Of a stretch of 36,742 bases of DNA, positions 33,598 to 36,742 are shown piece after piece. The stretch is taken from positions 10,416 through 47,157 of the forward strand of contig CAZZDV010000003.1 in NCBI GenBank assembly GCA_964652785.1, in the 5' to 3' direction. Position numbers and translations under genes: made by a program. Position 1 is the stretch's first letter. Each line of letters starts with the position of its first letter. The stretch is from an uncultured Bordetella sp. (GTDB lineage: Bacteria > Pseudomonadota > Gammaproteobacteria > Burkholderiales > SG8-39). The notes under the pieces were generated by a model that was given only the letters and a program-made list of their open reading frames with translations, had not been told where the DNA came from and searched no databases.

Positions 33598-34824
33598 TCA
33601 CCTTGCGACCCGCACCGGCATGCTCTTCATCCCGCGGAACACCATCGAGTTGATCCACTCCGGCTCGCCCGCGAACTCCATGCGCCTGAAATGCCGTGCG
33701 ACCGCGGGGATGGCGATTTCGCCCTCGAGCCGCGCAAGCGGGAACCCCAGGCAGATGTGCAGCCCGAAACCGAACGTGAGATGGGCCACGCCATCGCGTG
33801 CAAGGTCCACGCGGTCCGGGTCCGGATAGGCGCGCGGATCGCGGTTGGCCGCATTCAGCATGATGAACACGCGCTCGCCGGGCTTGAGCGTCTTGCCGTG
33901 CAGCTCGTGCTCGACCCCGACGATGCGCACCTGCGCGCCGCTGGGGCCGTCGAAGCGCAGCAACTCCTCGCCCGCGCGCGCCGCGAGACCCGGGTCGGCC
34001 CGCAGTTTCTCCCTTTCCGCGGGAAAGAGGATCAGCGAACGCGTCGAATTCGCGAGGTGGTTGGTCGTCGTTTCGTGGCCAGCGAACAGCAGCAGGATGC
34101 AGGTCGCGATCAGCTCGTCCTCCGACAGGCGATCGCCGTTGTCCTCGAGATGCACGAGTTCCGAAAGCAGGTCCGGCCGTGCATTGGCCCGCCGGTCGCG
34201 GATCATCACGCGGAAGAACTCGGCCATTTCGTGGGTCGCCGATTCCGCGACTCTGTATTTCTCCTGCGGCTTTTCCGCCGAAGTGCGCGAGCTGCCGATG
34301 AAGAGCGCCATGTCGTCGGACATCCGTTTCACGCGCGAAAGCTCTTCGCGCGGCACGCCGAGCATGTCCATGATCACCAGCGCGGGCAGCGGCCCCGCGA
34401 ATGCGGCGATGAAATCGAATTCCTCGCGCTCGCCGATCGCTTCCAGCAGCCAGGAGGTCAGGCTTTCGATGTTCGGGCGCATCTCGCGCATCGACTTGAG
34501 GTGGAAGACCTTGGAGGTGAGCTTGCGCAGCCGCGTGTGCTCCGGCGGATCGCGGAACACCATCCAGTGCGAGAGGTAACGGATGATGTCCCCGATCTTC
34601 GCGGCCTCCGGTCCCGGCATCGACGCGAAGAACGGCCGCAGCCGGTCCGAGGACATGTCCTTGTCCAGGCACGCGCGCTTCACGTCGTCGTAGCGCGTGA
34701 GCACCCACGACTTGATCCTGGGGCTCCAGTGCGCCGGATCCTCGTCCTGCATGCGGCGATACAGCGGGAAGGGATCGGCGAGGTACTCCACGCGGTCCGG
34801 CTGGAACTCGAGGGCCGGGGCCAT
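33598..34824 (-). CDS. Cytochrome P450
   Basis: DPPEHTRLR, I-helix AGHETT, EELLR (ExxR), heme motif FGFGLHICLG. Confidence 0.96.
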   Translation of the reverse strand: MAPALEFQPDRVEYLADPFPLYRRMQDEDPAHWSPRIKSWVLTRYDDVKRACLDKDMSSDRLRPFFASMPGPEAAKIGDIIRYLSHWMVFRDPPEHTRLRKLTSKVFHLKSMREMRPNIESLTSWLLEAIGEREEFDFIAAFAGPLPALVIMDMLGVPREELSRVKRMSDDMALFIGSSRTSAEKPQEKYRVAESATHEMAEFFRVMIRDRRANARPDLLSELVHLEDNGDRLSEDELIATCILLLFAGHETTTNHLANSTRSLILFPAEREKLRADPGLAARAGEELLRFDGPSGAQVRIVGVEHELHGKTLKPGERVFIMLNAANRDPRAYPDPDRVDLARDGVAHLTFGFGLHICLGFPLARLEGEIAIPAVARHFRRMEFAGEPEWINSMVFRGMKSMPVRVAR

Positions 34825-34826
34825 CG

Positions 34827-35741
34827 TCAAGGGGTCGGCTCCTTCGGTGCATTGGAGGTGACCAGCCAGACGCCGGCCACGGTAATGGCCATGCCGAGCG
34901 CGGCCCACGGCGAGTACGACTCACCGAAGACCAGCCACGCGAGGATCGCAGTGGTCGGGGGGCAGAGATAGAACAGGCTTGCCACGGCCGTGGCCGCGCC
35001 GCGCCGGATCAATGCGAAAAGCAGGAACATGGCGCCGAGCGACAGCCCGAACACCATCCACCCGAGCGCCAGCATGAACTGCGGCGTCCACTGCACTTCG
35101 AGCGAATCGAACGCAACCGCCAGCGGCGCGGTCACGATGAAGGCGGCGAGGAACTGCAGGAACGAGTTGGTGCGCATGTCCACGTGGGCGCAGCGGCGCT
35201 TCTGGTAGAGGGTCCCGTAGGTGATGCAGACGAGGCCGACCGTGGCCGACAACGCCGCGCCCCAGGTCACCGCACCAAGCGCCATCTTGTTCCACACGAC
35301 CACCATGACGCCGAGGAACCCGAGCACGAGGCCCACCCACTGCATGCGGGTGGCGCGCTCGTTCACCATGTGCCCGGAGAGGAATGCGGTCAGGATCGGT
35401 TGCAGTCCCACGATCAGCGCCGCCACGCCCGCCGGCATCCCCAGGCTGATCGCAATGAACACGCCGCCGAGATACCCGGCCTGGATCAGCGCGCCGGCCA
35501 CCATGACGTGCCCCGCCTCCGCACGGGTCGCGGGCCACGCGGCTCTCGCCAGGTAGCAGACCGGCAGCATCAGCACCACAACGCACGCATAGCGCAGCGA
35601 GAGGTAGGTCAGCGGGCCGCAATAGGGCAGTCCGAGCTTGGCGCCGATGAAACCCGAGCTCCAAAGGAAAACGAAGAGCCCCGGAATGAACAGGCCGTGA
35701 ACCGGCGTCGATTGGGCAGCCGGCACGGCGGGCGCAGTCAT
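34827..35741 (-). CDS. EamA/DMT family transporter
   Basis: FVFLWSSGFIGAK, LIVGLQPILT, GTLYQKR, SLFYLCPP. Confidence 0.92.
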   Translation of the reverse strand: MTAPAVPAAQSTPVHGLFIPGLFVFLWSSGFIGAKLGLPYCGPLTYLSLRYACVVVLMLPVCYLARAAWPATRAEAGHVMVAGALIQAGYLGGVFIAISLGMPAGVAALIVGLQPILTAFLSGHMVNERATRMQWVGLVLGFLGVMVVVWNKMALGAVTWGAALSATVGLVCITYGTLYQKRRCAHVDMRTNSFLQFLAAFIVTAPLAVAFDSLEVQWTPQFMLALGWMVFGLSLGAMFLLFALIRRGAATAVASLFYLCPPTTAILAWLVFGESYSPWAALGMAITVAGVWLVTSNAPKEPTP

Positions 35742-35912
35742 GCCGATATTGTTGCCGCTTTTACTTCCAGCGTCGCCCGCATTTCGCCCAGTGGGAGATT
35801 CCTGTCATACCCTTGGTTTCAAACGAAGTGCTCACTAACTTTCCAATAATGGCACCGCACAAGGCGCATTTTCCGTTTATATTCAGTCATCTGAGAGCTT
35901 CAAAAAAAGAAC

Positions 35913-35962
35913 TTGACGCACTGCAACAACGCGCCTAGAATCTGAATTGTTGCGACGCACAA
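35913..35962 (+). promoter_or_regulatory. sigma70 promoter of the phasin gene overlapped by PhaR-like TGC/GCA boxes
   Basis: TTGACG-N17-TAGAAT (35913-35941); TGACGCACTGCAACA and TTGTTGCGACGCACAA motifs. Confidence 0.65.
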
Positions 35963-36023
35963 GGCGGCACAGAAGCCCCCCCTTACCGCAGCACCGAATT
36001 TATCCACCTTAAAGGAGTTGACC

Positions 36024-36566
36024 ATGTACGTAACGCCTGAGCAGATCACCGCCGCCAACAAAACGAATGTCGAAACCGCCCTTTCGATCGCCGCGACGCA
36101 GTTCTCCGCGATGGAAAAGCTGGTCGGCCTGCAGACCGCCATGCTGAAGTCGATCTTCGAAGATTCGATGAACAACGCCCGCACCCTGGCCGGCGCGAAG
36201 GACGTCCAGGAATTCGTGACGATCCAGCAGACGCTGGCGCAGCCCGCCGTTGAGAAGTGCGTTTCGTACTCGAAGAGCGTGTACGCGATCGCCGTCGAGA
36301 CGAACACCGAGCTGTCGAAGTTCGCCGAAGCGAAAGCCTCGGAGCTGAACCAGAACTTTGTCACGCTGCTGGACAAGGCGAGCAAGAACGCGCCGGCTGG
36401 GTCGGATGTCGGCGTTGCCGCGGTGAAGTCGATGCTGTCGGCGGCCAACTCGGCCTACGACACGTTCTCCAAGGCCGCCAAGCAGGCCACGGAGATGGCC
36501 GAAGCGAATGCAACGGCCGCGACGGAAACGATGAAAGGCTACGCAAAAGCAAAAAAAGCGGCCTGA
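36024..36566 (+). CDS. phaP: Phasin (PHA granule-associated protein)
   Basis: TPEQITAANK, EKLVGLQ, AKDVQEF, KNAPAGSD.GVAAVKS, ..KKAA end; SD AAGGAG before ATG 36024. Confidence 0.93.
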   Translation: MYVTPEQITAANKTNVETALSIAATQFSAMEKLVGLQTAMLKSIFEDSMNNARTLAGAKDVQEFVTIQQTLAQPAVEKCVSYSKSVYAIAVETNTELSKFAEAKASELNQNFVTLLDKASKNAPAGSDVGVAAVKSMLSAANSAYDTFSKAAKQATEMAEANATAATETMKGYAKAKKAA

Positions 36567-36715
36567 GCGCCAAGCGGCCGGCCAAGCGCCGGCCCGAAAG
36601 CGTGGCGCGTGCTTCGCCACCCAAACGGCGCGTCGCAAAACCGGTGAAGAAGCCGGTGCCGAAAGCCGTGGCCAGGGCGGCAAAGCCCAGGCCCAAGGCG
36701 AAGAAGAAGAAGTAG
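36557..36715 (+). other. -1 frame extension of phasin: 52-aa histone-H1-like basic tail reachable by frameshift at A_AAA_AAA (36551-36557)
   Basis: SGLSAKRPAKRRPESVARASPPKRRVAKPVKKPVPKAVARAAKPRPKAKKKK, tandem TAG TAG stops, no ATG. Confidence 0.6.
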
Positions 36716-36726
36716 TAGTCCCAGAA

Positions 36727-36742
36727 CCCCGCTTCGGCGGGG
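36727..36742 (+). terminator. Probable intrinsic terminator after the phasin tail (cut by window end)
   Basis: CCCCGC-TTCG-GCGGGG hairpin; any U-tract would lie outside the window. Confidence 0.65.

Noticed and set aside
32690-34924. 744-aa ORF suggesting a P450-EamA fusion
   Set aside because: The P450 is in a different frame with its own stop at 33598; only the last ~300 aa are the EamA protein, and no slippery site was noticed at the junction.
36257-36556. 5' part of the 152-aa ORF 36257..36715 as an independent overlapping gene
   Set aside because: It overlaps the phasin out of frame and reads as shadow sequence; only the portion after the A7 run looks coding.

Overview
GC-rich chromosomal segment, most likely betaproteobacterial (inferred from gene order such as rsmI-pyrC-DUF3025, purN-RsmB/NOP-mscS-desA-rpmBG and a PhaP-type phasin). 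It carries about 38 CDS, mostly housekeeping: ppa, rhlE, an ABC-F ATPase, hldC-BON-gmhA-yraN-rsmI, pyrC, rpmB/rpmG, desA, purN, fumC, dps, an AcrAB-OprM-type RND pump, pirin, thioredoxin and gluQ. Accessory parts are (i) a ~2.9 kb islet with two divergent toxin-antitoxin pairs (HipBA and MNT-HEPN) and palindromic operators, (ii) an EamA-P450-EamA operon, and (iii) two tiny ORFs that look like in-frame collapsed remnants of a GNAT and a TerC gene. The top finding is at the right end. The phasin gene ends in a slippery A_AAA_AAA heptamer two codons before its stop. The -1 frame then stays open for 52 codons encoding a K/R/A/P-rich histone-H1-like tail, with a predicted downstream hairpin, and the only visible terminator-like hairpin lies after the tail. 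This suggests that one gene makes both a plain phasin and a PhaF-like DNA-binding phasin by programmed -1 frameshifting. Also notable are an apparently ATC-initiated rhlE, a possibly CTG-initiated Tat-lipoprotein methyltransferase and a signal-peptide-bearing HIRAN protein. All family assignments come from motif recognition by eye; no searches were run.
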